A stretch of DNA of 64,000 nt. It comes from Hyaloraphidium curvatum SAG 235-1 (lineage: Eukaryota; Fungi; Monoblepharomycota). Positions 1-12,040 of the stretch are shown piece by piece; position 1 is the stretch's first letter; each line of letters opens with the position of its first letter. Below the pieces are notes generated by a model. It did no database searches, was not told the origin of the DNA, and was given only the letters and a program-made list of their open reading frames with translations. The position numbers were made by a program, and so were the translations under genes. The stretch is taken from NCBI GenBank assembly GCA_025558095.1, contig JAIVFI010000012.1, forward strand, positions 186,001 to 250,000, written 5' to 3'.

Positions 1-3000
1 GCGGGTCGGGCTGCTGGAGGAACTGGCGCTTGAGGCCCTTGAGCATCTCGATCGCCTCTGAGCGATCGGGAGGACGGTCAGCGGGGGAAATGAGCAACAA
101 CGTGGTCGAGAAACCCACGGCTGACGGGGAGCTGACCCGGGGGCGGGTCGTGCGCCGCCCGAGCGACCTTGTTCTCGAGGTGGTTGAACCGCGCCTGGCC
201 TGTGAGGTGGCTGGGAAGGAGGACGTCGGCGTCAGCTCCCGTGCCGTGCGAGAGCGGCGTTGGGATCCGCACTACATGAAACGGCCCTTAAGCGTGCGGA
301 TGAAAGAGTCGCGCTGCCGCTTGGCGTTCTTGACGGCGACGAGGTTGGTTGGGTCGACGGGCGCCGGCTGCTGCCGGTAGAACAAGTCCATGTCGACCTC
401 CTGGATCGAGTTTCTCTCGCCTGGAAAGGTCCGTCAGAGGGCATTCTGGTGCCGCCCGACAGAGCGCGCTCACCAAAGTCGTTGCCGAGGATCTTGCAGT
501 TCAGGCCGAGCACCCACGTCGCGGCCGGCGTTCCGGGACAGCTGTAAAAGTTGATCATCTGCCCCTCGGTGGCCTGCGCCGGCGGCGTCGGCCACGGGTA
601 CAACGGCTTGCGCCGCTTCTTGTAGAACTCGGCGATGCTGTGTGCGAAACGGCCTGCGAAGTGGAGCGTCAGCATGGCCTTGGTCGGCGCAATCACGACC
701 AGGCTCACGTCGGTAGTGAGGATCCGTCTTCCGCAGCACATTCTTGGTCCGCAGGAAGATCATGATCCGCGAGTGCTTGCTGTCCGTACTGAACCGCCAA
801 AAGGTGACCGGGATTGGCCGTCCTGGTCGACGTGCGCGTGAGCAGACCTCGAGCTCGCCAGAGCCGCCGCGGCGCTCACCTCCGCGGGCCTCGTTGCCCT
901 TGTTGTAGGTCATGACCATCGGCTTGCGGATGCACTGCTGCAGAGTGAACTGCGGCTCGTCGCGCACCTCCATGCGCACGGCGCGGCTGCGTTTTGCGGA
1001 GAAGAGGAGGTCCAACAGCCTGTTTTCCATCATCTTGCGCTGGGCGGCGTTGCCGGCGTTGAAGATTTCCGAGTCGGAGAACTGCGTGCGCGTCGCGTGG
1101 CGGTCGACGTATCGGGGCACGAGGGGGGAGAGGAAGCCGACCGGCAGGATGGGGTTGTTGGGGTCGTCGTCCTGGAGGTCGTTGCGGTTGAGGTGGACCA
1201 GGAGCCGGGCCGAGATCTTGCCGTCGAAAATGACTTCGTCTGCCGCCGCATTGAGCGGGCAAGAGCAAAATGACGGCGACGCTTGACACCTACACGGCTC
1301 CCGCTTGGCGGAAAGGTTAAGGAGCCGAAGCGGCGCCTTGGGCTTGACCCATTCCGGGTGTTCGGCCGACTCGTACTCGACGGGAACGATGTACGACATG
1401 AAGCTGGGCGGACACGTCGTCGATCGTGAGCCGCCAAACCGCCGAGGTCGGCAGACGACCTACTTGACGAGCGTGCGAAGCTTCGACGCCACCTCGGGGA
1501 ACTTGCGGATCACGTAGCTCCAATCGCCCGCCGTCCGCCAGTCCTTGAGCGTCTCCACCGTGGGCTCCACCGTCGAGTCCCACGGCACGACGGTGGTGCC
1601 CTCAAGGACGAAGGTGAGGTAGTAGCGAAAACGGCTGCAAGGCGTCAAGGGGATCAGCTCATTCAGTCGACCATGTGCGGCCAGCGGAGAGACCCACAGA
1701 AACCAGCCGGCGATGCGGCGGCGGACGTTGGGGAAACCGGGGCCGTCCGCGTTGACGGTCACGCCGCCAAAGTAAAACCTCCACATGACGGGGCAGGCGA
1801 AGGCGAACTGCTTTCCCCTGACGGCCCTGGGCTTGTTCCCGAGGGTCAGCCGTTCAGCTGGCGAAACGGGCAGTGATCGGTGAGCCGCTGCTGGAACGAG
1901 ACGACGAGCGAGGCGTACCCATACGAATCCGCTGCGCCAGGGGAATGTGCGTGGTGTCGGCGCTGTCCTTGAGCAGCGCAAAAAAGCACCTATACATCCA
2001 TGACTCAAAGTTGGCGGCGTAGTCGTTGCGGGCGTCTGCGGCGGCACAGTCAGGGCCAACGAGGCTCGCGGCGGCTCCGCAGCAGCCCACCCGTGGCCAT
2101 CTCCACCGACATGGGCCTGTAGACCTCCTTGGACGGAAGGAAGGGGAACTTTTGCTCCGCAACGGGCAGCGGGTCCGTCCACTCGGGCCGCATCTGGCCG
2201 TCGGCGCCGGCCCTGCCCTCCATAAGCACCGTCGGCGCAGGGTCCGGGAACTGTTGGTTGGCCGGCCACGCTGAGGAGAAGTAGGATTAGCGACGCGAGA
2301 TGGCGACGTTGAATAGCCCTACACGGATTGACGCACGCCCCCGGAACCCAGATGCGCTGATAGTACCGCTCCAAAGGCCGGATCCACGGTGCTCGCCATC
2401 CGGGAGCAGAGCGTCCGACGCCGGTTTCGACGGGGACCCCTGCCTCTGTGGTCAGCAGTGAAGGCTTGCGGACAAGGTCGGCACCCACTTGGCGCGCCTC
2501 GGTGGCACATCATGAGCGCCTCGAAAAACATCTGCTTGTGGTCGAGCACGCGGAACGAGCTGCCGACGTTGACGTGGTGCGGCGGCTTCAGCGGGTCGTC
2601 GACTGTGAAACATGCAATTGGGCAGAGCAACGACAGCGGAGCGCCGGGGAACCAACCGGTCGCGGCGAGGATGTTGTAATCCGTGTTCCAATCCAACATG
2701 GCTGTCGGATCGTTCATCAGGACGTTGTACGCCCAGGTGTCGATGGGCGTCGCGGGGCGCTCGTCGGGCAGGCCTGTGAAGGCCGTCCAGTCTGTGCGGG
2801 GGGCGGAAAGGAGGAAAGATAAGCAACGCAGTACGACAAGAGCGGAGGGAGAACGAACCCCGAGGTACGTAGGCCTGGCCGTCCCACCGCAGAAGCCCAA
2901 ACTCGGGCAGCGCGGCGAGCCGGTTCGTCTCGTACCGGAAGAAAGCGTACAGGAGATCCATGGCCCGCATCCGGGCGTCCGAAGTGACATGGACGAGCAT

Positions 3001-3138
3001 CCCGCACACGCCGGAGACGGCGCGCCGGTCTTGCCGCCGGGGGCCGAAGGTCTCGCGGTTGAGGTTGCTGGTAATGTCCCCCAGCGGGTGGCCCGCCGCG
3101 TAGCCCCAGGACCCGCGGTTCTTGTTTGGTGTCGACAT
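1..3138 (-). CDS. Large multi-exon protein of unknown function (3' end runs off the window; start uncertain, may lie further upstream)
   Basis: ORF pieces 2452..3249, 2319..3143, 1854..2162, 1460..2488, 470..1399 and 232..741 can be joined through short GT..CTGAC/CTCAC..AG introns (e.g. ~422-472, ~1404-1462, ~1858-1918). Exons have GC3-rich codons. No recognisable family motif. Confidence 0.6.
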
Positions 3139-5565
3139 GTCAAAGTTGCCTAGAGGTCCGTGGCCAAGCCGCCCACGACCGACGTGGCAGGGGGCGGCGG
3201 AGCGAGAAGGTGTCGGCCGGGGCTGTGCCCCAGCAGTGATGCCGAGCACGACGCCTGCGAATGATGGGCCGCGTTAGCGTCGAGTACCGTGGAGGAAGAG
3301 GGGCGCTCTCGCGCCGGAGCCGGCGGACGACGCGCCGACCGACTGCGCGGGCGGAACGGCGAAAACGCGCGTCCGAGCGCGTCGCGGGCGCGGAGAAAAG
3401 GCAGCGATAGGGGCTCCGTCGTCGGAGGGCGCCCACGGCGCGTACTCACGGCCGACGTTCACGCAGAGATGGGGGGAGACGAACGCGGTGTTCGGATTCC
3501 GCGCGGGAAGCAGCCGCGGCTGGGGCGGAAGCCTCGAAGTTGCCACCCAGAATCCGCAGAGACGGCACGCCTGCGGAGAACCAAGATTCTCTGGAGCACT
3601 GAGGACAAAGGGATGGACGGATGAAGTGACGGCTCCTTGAAACGCGCGTGTCGATGAACATGCGTCCCCTGCGTGCGGGTTTCGCCAAGCGGCAAGAGCG
3701 TCCGAGATCTCGGACATCTCGCACGGGATAACCCGTCAAATGTGCTTCTGACCGTGTTACGAGCTTGGGCGGCGCATCAGCTGGCTTCGATCCGATATGG
3801 ATACGCCCGAGAATCTACGGGCACCTGGACCGATGCAATGCTCAGAAGCCATGATGCTTTCTAGCATGTGGCGACGTATCCGAAGCCGTTGCACTCGGTT
3901 CTAGGTCTCTACAGCCACTGTGTTTGGGTTAGCAATTGGGGCATTCCGTGCGCAGAGAAACATGCCTCCGATCTGGCCTCTCTGACGGCGACGTCTTCGA
4001 GCTTGGCGCTCTTTCTCCAGCAGAATATGATGGCGCTGACTGTCTTCCCCAGGATTTTGGGCGGGGATCCCCTCCTAGCTCACCTGGGGCTGTGGATCGG
4101 GATTTGTGAGGGTCTATTAGGAGGTTCATTGATTTCGGCACGGAGCGCAGCGTCGCTTTGTTTGCGCTTCGAGCCGATCGGCCGAACTGCTCAATTGGTC
4201 GGCGGTTTCTCGCTTCCCCGTCGCGCTATGCCACCGGCAATGCCGCGGAGCCGGAGTTCTTTTTCCGATGCAATCAGTCTGCATCGATCCGCGTCGCGTA
4301 CGCGGCCTCTGGGGGCCAGCATCGGCCAGGATGATCGCGTGCCGACCGCACCGGCGCTGTCACAGCCATGTGGCTCGAGGCGGATCATCTTCCCGAGCGC
4401 CGGGTGTTTGTTGGGGCTCTGGAGCTAGCGCGGTGTCTCTTGGTTCCCGCTTGATGCCGATGTCCCGCAACTGGCGCCGTCGACCCGGACATGCGGAGAC
4501 CGCGGTCTGCGGATCCTCCCAATTCCCTTCTCTCGCGCGTATACACGTCGTCTCCGGCCTTCTGTGTTCGCGCGGGACGCCTGGCTCTAATTCAGCCGGC
4601 AGCGTCGTCACGTTCGAGGTCGGGCTCTGCCTAACCTGTTCCCGCGCCGAGTCTTGTTAAGCCCCTGTCGTGCGGCGCACCGCAAATTTGCTCGTTTGCT
4701 CCACGCTGATAAACGTCATTCTTTCTCGTGGCCCTTTGCGCAAGGATTGCCTTTCCTCGGCCCACCGGTCGGTTGCGATGCCGGCGCATGGCTCCCTGGC
4801 TCGAAGCAACCGCGTTGCGGCGGCATCCCGCCGTTGCTGCTCCTGAACGGCTGTTTCTGAGCAAATGTGGTTTCCGCAGCGCGACATCAGATTGCCTGCT
4901 AACCTGCGAGTCAGAGGGTCTGCGAGGGAGACGGTTCATCTGACCTCTCGTTGTCGGATTGACACTCCAGCATCCTTTGCAATAGAGATCATTAGGCACC
5001 GGCTCAAAATCATCAACATCAGCTACAGATACCGTCTACGGTCTCGAGTCGTGTGACGATATTGGCCCCCAAGGGTCCGCGACGAATCCAGGGCCCAACA
5101 ACCAGCATCACCTTCGGAACCCCTGGCCTCGCCATGTCGCCATGCCCGGGTGGCACAGGCCGCGATAAACTTCGCGCCGCATAGCTTCAGGAGCGCCCGG
5201 GATCTGGCGCCGGCGTCGTGCGACGGTGGACCGTTGGCTGGTCCGACCAACCCCGATGCCATCGCGCGCGGGAGGCTGCCCTAAAGGCGTGAGCACATGA
5301 CAAGCTTGCCTTCTTTATCCCAGCCCTGTTCGCCCGGGTGGCGAACGCGATGGGGGAGGGAGGAACAGTGGAGAGCGCATCTCTGTGCCGGCGAATTCGG
5401 CCAGCTGTCTGATCCAGATGACGAGAATTCATTCCGTGCTTGCCCATTCGCTCTCTTGCAATGTTAAGTGGGATCGTTTTCTGCGGCCTGGGATGGCCGC
5501 ATGGGCTTCTGCGCGGCCTCCGCCGGAACACCTAATCATCGGTGCACCGTGGAACGCCCACGGCA

Positions 5566-7070
5566 ATGGCGCCCAAGAAGGAAGCCAGTGCCGCGTCGGC
5601 GAAGCAGAAGAAGGTCGAAGCGGAGCAGGAGCGGCGCGAGGCGGAGCTGGAGGCAGCCGCGGACGCGCTGGAAGAGCGGAGAGCGAAGCGCGAAGAGGCG
5701 CGCCTCGCGCTCGCCGCCTTCGAGGACCCTCTGCCGGATGGCAGCGCGCTCGAGTTCCTGTGCAGCCGCGGCGGGGTGGACAGGAGCAAGCTGGACGCCG
5801 AAACCGTGGCCGCGTCATCATGAAGGACAAGGTGTTGGAGTGGTGGGGGGGGAAGAGCGTCGGGCAGGCCGTGAACAAGGCCGATGCGTACTACGGAGAG
5901 TACGGCGTCAAGCCCGCTAAGCGGGTACGTGTTGTCGCTGGAGCCGGCGGACTGCTTGCTGACGCACCGCCGCTTAGGACATCCTGAAGAAGGAGCTGAC
6001 GGCGATCTTCCAGAAGCTCAACGAAGGCAAGCTGCTCAAGAACAACCTGGTGGGTTTGTGCGGATCTATTTCCTGCCCTGCTTCGACGCGTCCGCCGCAG
6101 GGGCAGGCCGAAACCGCCGTCAACGTCGCCAAAACGCACGTCAAGAAGCTGCTCGAGCAGCAGCAGAAGGAGGCAGCCAACAACTCGTCGAAGGCGAGCA
6201 AGGCCGTCCCGCGCGAACCGGACTCGGACGACGAGAGCGACGAGGAGACGGATAGGCCCAAGAGCGCGCCGATGCGGCAGTCGACGCCTCCGGCTGGCAA
6301 GGGCAAGGAAGCCCCCTCCCGCAACACGCGCCGCAACCCCGACGCCAGCGGCTCCTCGTCGTCGTCGACCGCAGTGGCGTCGTCGTCGGCCTCTCCCTCC
6401 GTCGGCCCCTTCGCCCCCCGCCCGCGTGGCCCCTGTGCCGAACCCGACGCCAGCACTTTCGACCTGCTCGACCCGGCCGGCCGCGCGGTGAGCGCCAAGG
6501 GCATCCGCTTCATTGAGCAGGCGCCGGAGCGCAAGGCGCCGGCGCCTGCAGCCCGCAAGGCCGCCGGCGGTCGGAAGCAGAAGGCTGCGGACGGGCCGCC
6601 CACGCGGGCCGACGTCTTCTTCCGGCAGCAACGAATGGCGGAGATTGAAGACAAGGATCCTGCCCTCTTCCAGGACAGGAAGAGGATGATGCAACAGCTC
6701 GACGCGGAGTGGAAGCGTAAGCCCGCTGGTCGACGTGCATTCGCCCAGATCTCACGAGTGACGTGCAAACTTCCAGAGCTTTCGAAGGTGGAGAAGAAGG
6801 AGCTCGCAGAGACCGTCAAGGAGCTGAAGTTGGCCTACGAGGTGCGCCGACAGGGGACGATTTGAAGAGCGCGTCTGACCTCGCCGTGCCTTTCCTCAGC
6901 AGGGCAACGACGGCGATGTGGTGGACTCGGACCACGATGTGGGGATGCGGTCGGCCGCCGAGGACGAAGACGACGAGGAGGAGAAGGTCGCCAGGCGCCC
7001 CGCGCCCCGCAAGCGCAGGCGGCTGGACGACGAGGACGAGGAGGACGAGGAGGACAGCTGCGACGGGTAG
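5566..7070 (+). CDS. HMG-box protein with N-terminal coiled coil, NLS and acidic tail (apparent 1-nt frameshift near 5812)
   Basis: Spliced C-terminus reads PPTRADVFFRQQRMAEIEDKDPALFQDRKRMMQQLDAEWKQLSKVEKKELAETVKELKLAYE, matching the HMG-box pattern, followed by PRKRRR and DDEDEEDEED. Four GT-AG introns (~5925-5977, ~6049-6100, 6717-6776, ~6842-6899). Confidence 0.65.
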
Positions 7071-8765
7071 GCCCGCTTGGCCGCCGTGCCCGCGAGCTCC
7101 GAGACGGTGCCCTCCGCGGTGCGCACCGAAAGCACCCAGAACCCGCCGTCCCCAAGTGTCCGGGTTCTGCAGCTCCACGCTGACAATGTGCACGCTGGCG
7201 CCAAGGCGCCTGATGTCCATGCGCAGCTGACTCGCGTCCATGGAACCGACCTCGGGGACGGAGAGGATCTGCACCACAAAGGTTCGGAGCTTGGGCGGGA
7301 GCCGGAGCTTGGCCAGGTGTTGGGGGTAAGCGAACGAGACGACGGTGAGGTGCTCCCCTTGAACACTGCAAACACCCCTGCCGGCCCCACACCCGTGCGA
7401 GCTACTGTGGCCGCGGGCGGGGGCCGGCAGCGACCGGGCACGTCGTGCTTTTCGGCTCCGGCCGTCTAGCGCGGCGCCGGCGCGGTGGGCGCGGTGCGCG
7501 GACCGGGGACGCGTTGGGGACCGCGGTCACCCGACCCGGTGTTCACACGCGGCTGGAGCCGCGCCGCTGCCGTCTGAGGGTTTGGCTGGCCTCGGACGGC
7601 GCGGCGCTCGCTCGGCAGGCCCTCGCGGCGCTTCTCCGTGATCCGGCGGCCGACCGTGGTCGCCGGCAAACAACGAGGCGCGCCCTCTCGGCGCGACTCG
7701 GCGGCTGCAAGGCTTGGACACGGCCGCAGCCACTTTTCCACGACTTCAGCGGACTTCAGCAACTCGTTGGAGCACGTGGCGGCGCGTTGATCCGGCGCTG
7801 CGTTGGGGCTCCCTCGCTCGACACTCGGACTAATGCGAGGACAGGTTTCCCGTCGAAAAGGCTTGGTCTCGTCGAGGTCTCGCCGAAGTAGACGCTGCGT
7901 TGGTGCGGCCTGCCTCAAACTGGACTCATGGGTTATGGGACAAGTGCAGTGGTGTGGCTTGAGCCCTCGCGGCTTGGAGTCCTCACGTGACTTGTTCCTG
8001 CGGGTGGCGGCGGAGGGATAGGGGAGAGGGCCGGGGGAAGGGGCTGGAGGAAAGGGGGGGGCGCATTTTCTTCTCAGCTGTGTGTCCAGGAGTCTTCAAG
8101 TGGTGGAAGTGGGCCCGGTCAAGCCGACCTGTGTCGTCGACCCATGCCCGGACTCTTCCTGCTTCCGTGAACACCGCTTGGTTCTCCACGTGCCGAAGTT
8201 GAGAGGCACCACAGAGGGTCGCGCCCGACAGTCTACTCGTGACACTCTGGATTGCTTTCTATGCAGCGGCGGATTTCGTCGGGTTTGCCCCGCTGCACGG
8301 TGCCGCCACCTCACTGAGGCAACTCACTGAGGCGGACTTCTCTAAGGAATTGACGGAATGGCCTGATGCGCGCCTTAAGCGTGATCGAAAACCTAGTGGC
8401 ATCGATTTACTCATTGTAGTACGACGCCGGCGGATAGACCAGACCAGACCAGACCACACTATCCATGCCTTCCAGGAGAGCAAAGGAGAGATCGGCCGCA
8501 GCGGGGTCCAGGAAGGGGTCCAGTTCCAGGAACAGGCGCTCCGGCTTGAAGGCAGTGAGCTTGGCGAGGTCCTTGATGTCCGTCTGCCAGCACGCCCAGG
8601 TGCGAATGCGTTCCAGAATGCGGTCTGGCACCACCGCACCGCCACTAGGGGGTCCCATGGGGTACGGCTCAACGTGGATGCGGCGCAAGGACCCCGCAGG
8701 TCGAGGCCAACCTCCGTTCCAAATATCCGGCGTCTGGCTTGGCGGTCTCCCCGCCGGCCGTCCTA

Positions 8766-9812
8766 GATGCCATCCTTCCCCCCTCGCCCGACCTTCGGCC
8801 CCCCTCCCTTGTCCTCCCCGGCCTCGACCGCGTGGCCGTTCGGCGTCTGTGCTTCGTCTACATCAAGAACCACCTCAGCTCGCGCGGCGCGGGGCCGACG
8901 GGCTGGAATTGGTCCATCCTGAATGCGGCGTTCAGCACCCACGGGGACCCCCTTCGTGTGGCTCTCGACCCGATTGCGGAACTTGTGGAGCTGTGGGCAG
9001 GCGGGGCAGGCGACGTGGACGATGAGGCCCGGGCGGTCCTTTCTGCCCAGCGTGGCCTGTCGTTTGCGAAGCCCGAGAACAGGCCCGGCCCCGCCCCATC
9101 GGGATCCTCGACATCATCGTACGCCTCACGTCCGCCATGACGAGTCGTGCGCATCGGCCGGCGCTCAAGTTGGCAACCAGCCGATATGCATGGAGCGGAT
9201 CAACGTCCGGCGTTCAGGCGGTTGGGGCCACGGTGGAGGCGGCCCTGGCGCGCGATCCCACCCGGGCCGGCATCGCTCTGGATTCGACCAATGCTCACAA
9301 CAACTTCCCTCGCGCCGTTGCCTTCGAGGAGGTCCGGGAGCACATGCCGGGCATGGCTCCCTGGGCCAGGACTCTGCTCTCGCGCCCGTCTAAAGTGACG
9401 TTTGCTGACCCATCTGGGCTCCGCCGGGAGCCGCTTATTATTTATAGCTACGCGGGAGCCGCCCAGGGAGCTGCGGATGCCGGACCCTTGTTCGATCTGA
9501 CCAACTCCCGACTCCTGCGGCCAGCTCGGGACGTCCCCAACGTCGTTGCGCTCTCGATTTCGGACAACACCACCATTCTCGGCCCTCCTGAGGCGGCATT
9601 CCGCGCCGTCGAGCTGGTCGAGCAGTCGTACGGGGCCCACGGAATGAGCATCTCTCGCGAGCAATCCGAGGTATTCTCACCGGATCCTGACCCGGCCGCC
9701 CAACAGCGCCTTGCCGCGCTGGCAGCCCAGCACCGTCTACGCTACTCCCCGGCAGGCATCATCGTCGTCGGCATCCCCATCGGGACGGACGAGTTTGTGC
9801 GGCAACATGATT
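8766..9812 (+). mobile_element. Reverse transcriptase fragment of an RLE-type (CRE/SLACS/Cnl1-like) non-LTR retrotransposon, truncated at both ends
   Basis: Motifs in RT order: GAGPTGW, FAKPENR..RPIGILDIIVRL, LDSTNAHNNFPR, GAAQGAADAGPLF, SISDNTTILG, G-MSISREQSEVF, GIIVVGIPIGTDEFV. A 1-nt frameshift lies in a C-run at ~9090. No introns. Confidence 0.8.
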
Positions 9813-9880
9813 TCGGAGGCCCGGGCCAGTTCGACAGTGAGGATGGGGATGATCTCGAGTGATCTATCTTCGACAATGAC

Positions 9881-10060
9881 ATGGTGGGTTTGGTTGTGCT
9901 TTCTCCGACATTCGTTGACGTCCTACTCGGCCGAACAGGTTCAATGTACAATCGTCTTTTCAACAGGTTCGATGAACAACTTGCGAGACCAGTACGGAAC
10001 GCCGGTTTTCTAGCTCCAAGGAACAACAAAAACCACTTTGTTCTTGTAGATACACATCTA
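9881..10060 (+). pseudogene. Possible Ulp1/C48 peptidase-like remnant
   Basis: VVLSPTFVDVLL..YNRLFNRF...FLAPRNNKNHFVLVD resembles the Ulp1 catalytic-His strand (P-x-N-x-x-N-H-W-x-L). Lower GC, in-frame stop upstream, no catalytic Cys region. Confidence 0.3.
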
Positions 10061-10211
10061 CACGTCTGTTCTCTAGCGGGGGTTTGGGGCTGTTCCCGAC
10101 GGGTACACCCATCATGCCGATGTCCCCCAGTCCGAAGCCACCATCTCCAACGTCCAAAAACCGTCTCTTTAGTTGGCAACGAAGCCCTTGAAAGAGGTAT
10201 TCATGTATTCG

Positions 10212-11957
10212 ATGAAGCTCGGCGAGAGACCTTCCTACACGACAATGGCTTCAGTTCCAGGGCTCCGGGACCCCGGTGCCTCCTGCATCGTGCAGAAGTT
10301 TGGCGGAACCAGCCTCGGCACGGGAATTCTCGTCCGGCGGGCCGCCGGCATCGTCCGGTGAGCATGTCCCCCAGCTCCGTTGCAGGGCCTCCATCTTTAC
10401 GCCGCATTCACCAGGACTGCTCTCAACACATCTCGTCCGATAGTAGTCGTCTCTGCCTTGACGCCGCCTTCCGGGGAGAGCACCACGTCGCGCCTGCTGG
10501 AAGCGTGCGCGATGCTCGACGAGCGGAAGTACAAGTCCATCTTGCGGACGCTGGAAGCCGAGCATTTGCTAGCAGGATGGCTGGCCGCCGGCGGTGTCGG
10601 TCCCATCGGAAGCTTCCAGGCCAGGGAGACGGCCGAAGGTGCTGCGAGGCGACGGAAGGTGCTCAAGGAGATTGCCGATGACTTTGAGGGGCTGCGGCGG
10701 TTCCTTTACGCCTGTGGGACGATAGGCGAAACAACGCCGAGGAGCATGGACGTAGTCGTGAGCTTCGGGGAGAGGCTTGCGGCGAGGATCTTTGCCGCCG
10801 CGCTAGAATCCGAAGGAACAGCGGCGGCGTGCGTCTCGCTTGACAGCCTTGTCGAACGTCGGGACGCAAACGACCCCGTCGGGCAGTCCTTTTACGATTA
10901 CGCGGTCAGGAAGCTGAAGTGCATCTTAGATCCTTCCTTGGGAAGCTCGGACTCGTGGACCGTGCCAGTGATTTCTGGCTTCTTTGGCCACGTTCCCGGA
11001 GGTGTTGTGGGCTCGATCGGGCGCGGGTACGCAGATCTCACGGCCGCTCTGTGTGCCGCGGCAACCGGCTCGCCCGAGGTGCACCTGTACAAGGACGTTC
11101 GAGGCTTCTTTACCGGTGACCCGTCGCTCGTCGACAGCGCCTTGCTCCTCAGCAGCGTGACTTCGGCGGAGGCCGCTGAGCTCGCCTACTACGGCACCGA
11201 GACGTTGCACCCTGTTGCCGCCGAGCAGGCCTCTCGAGCCGGCATCACCGTCCGGATCCGCAGCCCCGCAGACCCGGACTGTCCCGGAACCGCAATCCTG
11301 CCTTCTGCTCCCCAAACTGCTCTTGCGCTACTGGCAACTGCTGTCAATCTCAAGCATCCGTGCATGACAATATCGCTTTCGCCGCCCCAGCGTCGCCATG
11401 AACCCGTCTTTATGGCGCGGATATTCACCCTCCTTGCTCGGCACAACATTGCTGCGGACCTGGTCTCCACCTCGCAGGCCAATGTCACTTTGGCATTGGC
11501 CCCGCGTCCGGTGCCGGACCTCAAGAGGCTTGTTGCGGATCTATCCCGTCTTGCCACGGTGTCTGTATGCGACAACGCCGCAGTGATCACCCTTGTTGGA
11601 GAATCGCTGCGGAGCGGGGGGGCGGATGTCCTGCTCCGGGCAATTGGCGGTGCTGGGATCAACATCGAAATGATCAGCGCCGGAGGTGGACGGACCAGCG
11701 TTTCCTGCGTCGTTCCTGGAGCCGACGGGCCCCGTGCACTGCGGGTTGCCCACGACGCGTGCGTTCTTGGACTGGGAAGGGACGCAGATCGTGCGAACGA
11801 TGCCGTGGAGGAGTTGAACTTGCTCCACCCCACTCCTCTTCCTGTCGTCTCGGGACTCTTGCTTAGAGCGACAGGCAGAAAGGAGGCGACGATAAAGGAG
11901 AGCTCATGGCAAGCGAGCGTTGATCGTGATGTAGATGTATGCTCCGCGACCGCATGA
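10212..11957 (+). CDS. HOM3: Aspartokinase, fungal Hom3 type, with two C-terminal ACT domains (alternative ATG at 10235)
   Basis: VQKFGGTS in exon 1; one intron ~10358-10414; then VVVSAL, DVVVSFGERLAA, GRGYADL, KDVRGFFTGDP, EAAELAYYG-E-LHP, and ACT-like LVSTSQANVT and INIEMISAG. Confidence 0.9.
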
Positions 11958-12040
11958 TTGAGACAGGCAGACGTTATTTCCCACTCGCGCGACAGATGCC
12001 ACTCTAACAGTTCTATCCACAATCCAATTACCAAATCCCC

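Noticed and set aside
640-720. LVVIAPTKAML resembles SF2 helicase motif Ia; with the neighbouring HMG gene it suggested a Mucorales-like sex locus (HMG + RNA helicase)
   Set aside because: No Walker A or DExD/H motif at suitable spacing, no triose-phosphate transporter, and the HMG box is not recognisably MATA-type.
3700-5400. ORFs such as 3868..4428 in lower-GC sequence
   Set aside because: No motifs, weak codon bias and nearby stops; probably degenerate or intergenic.
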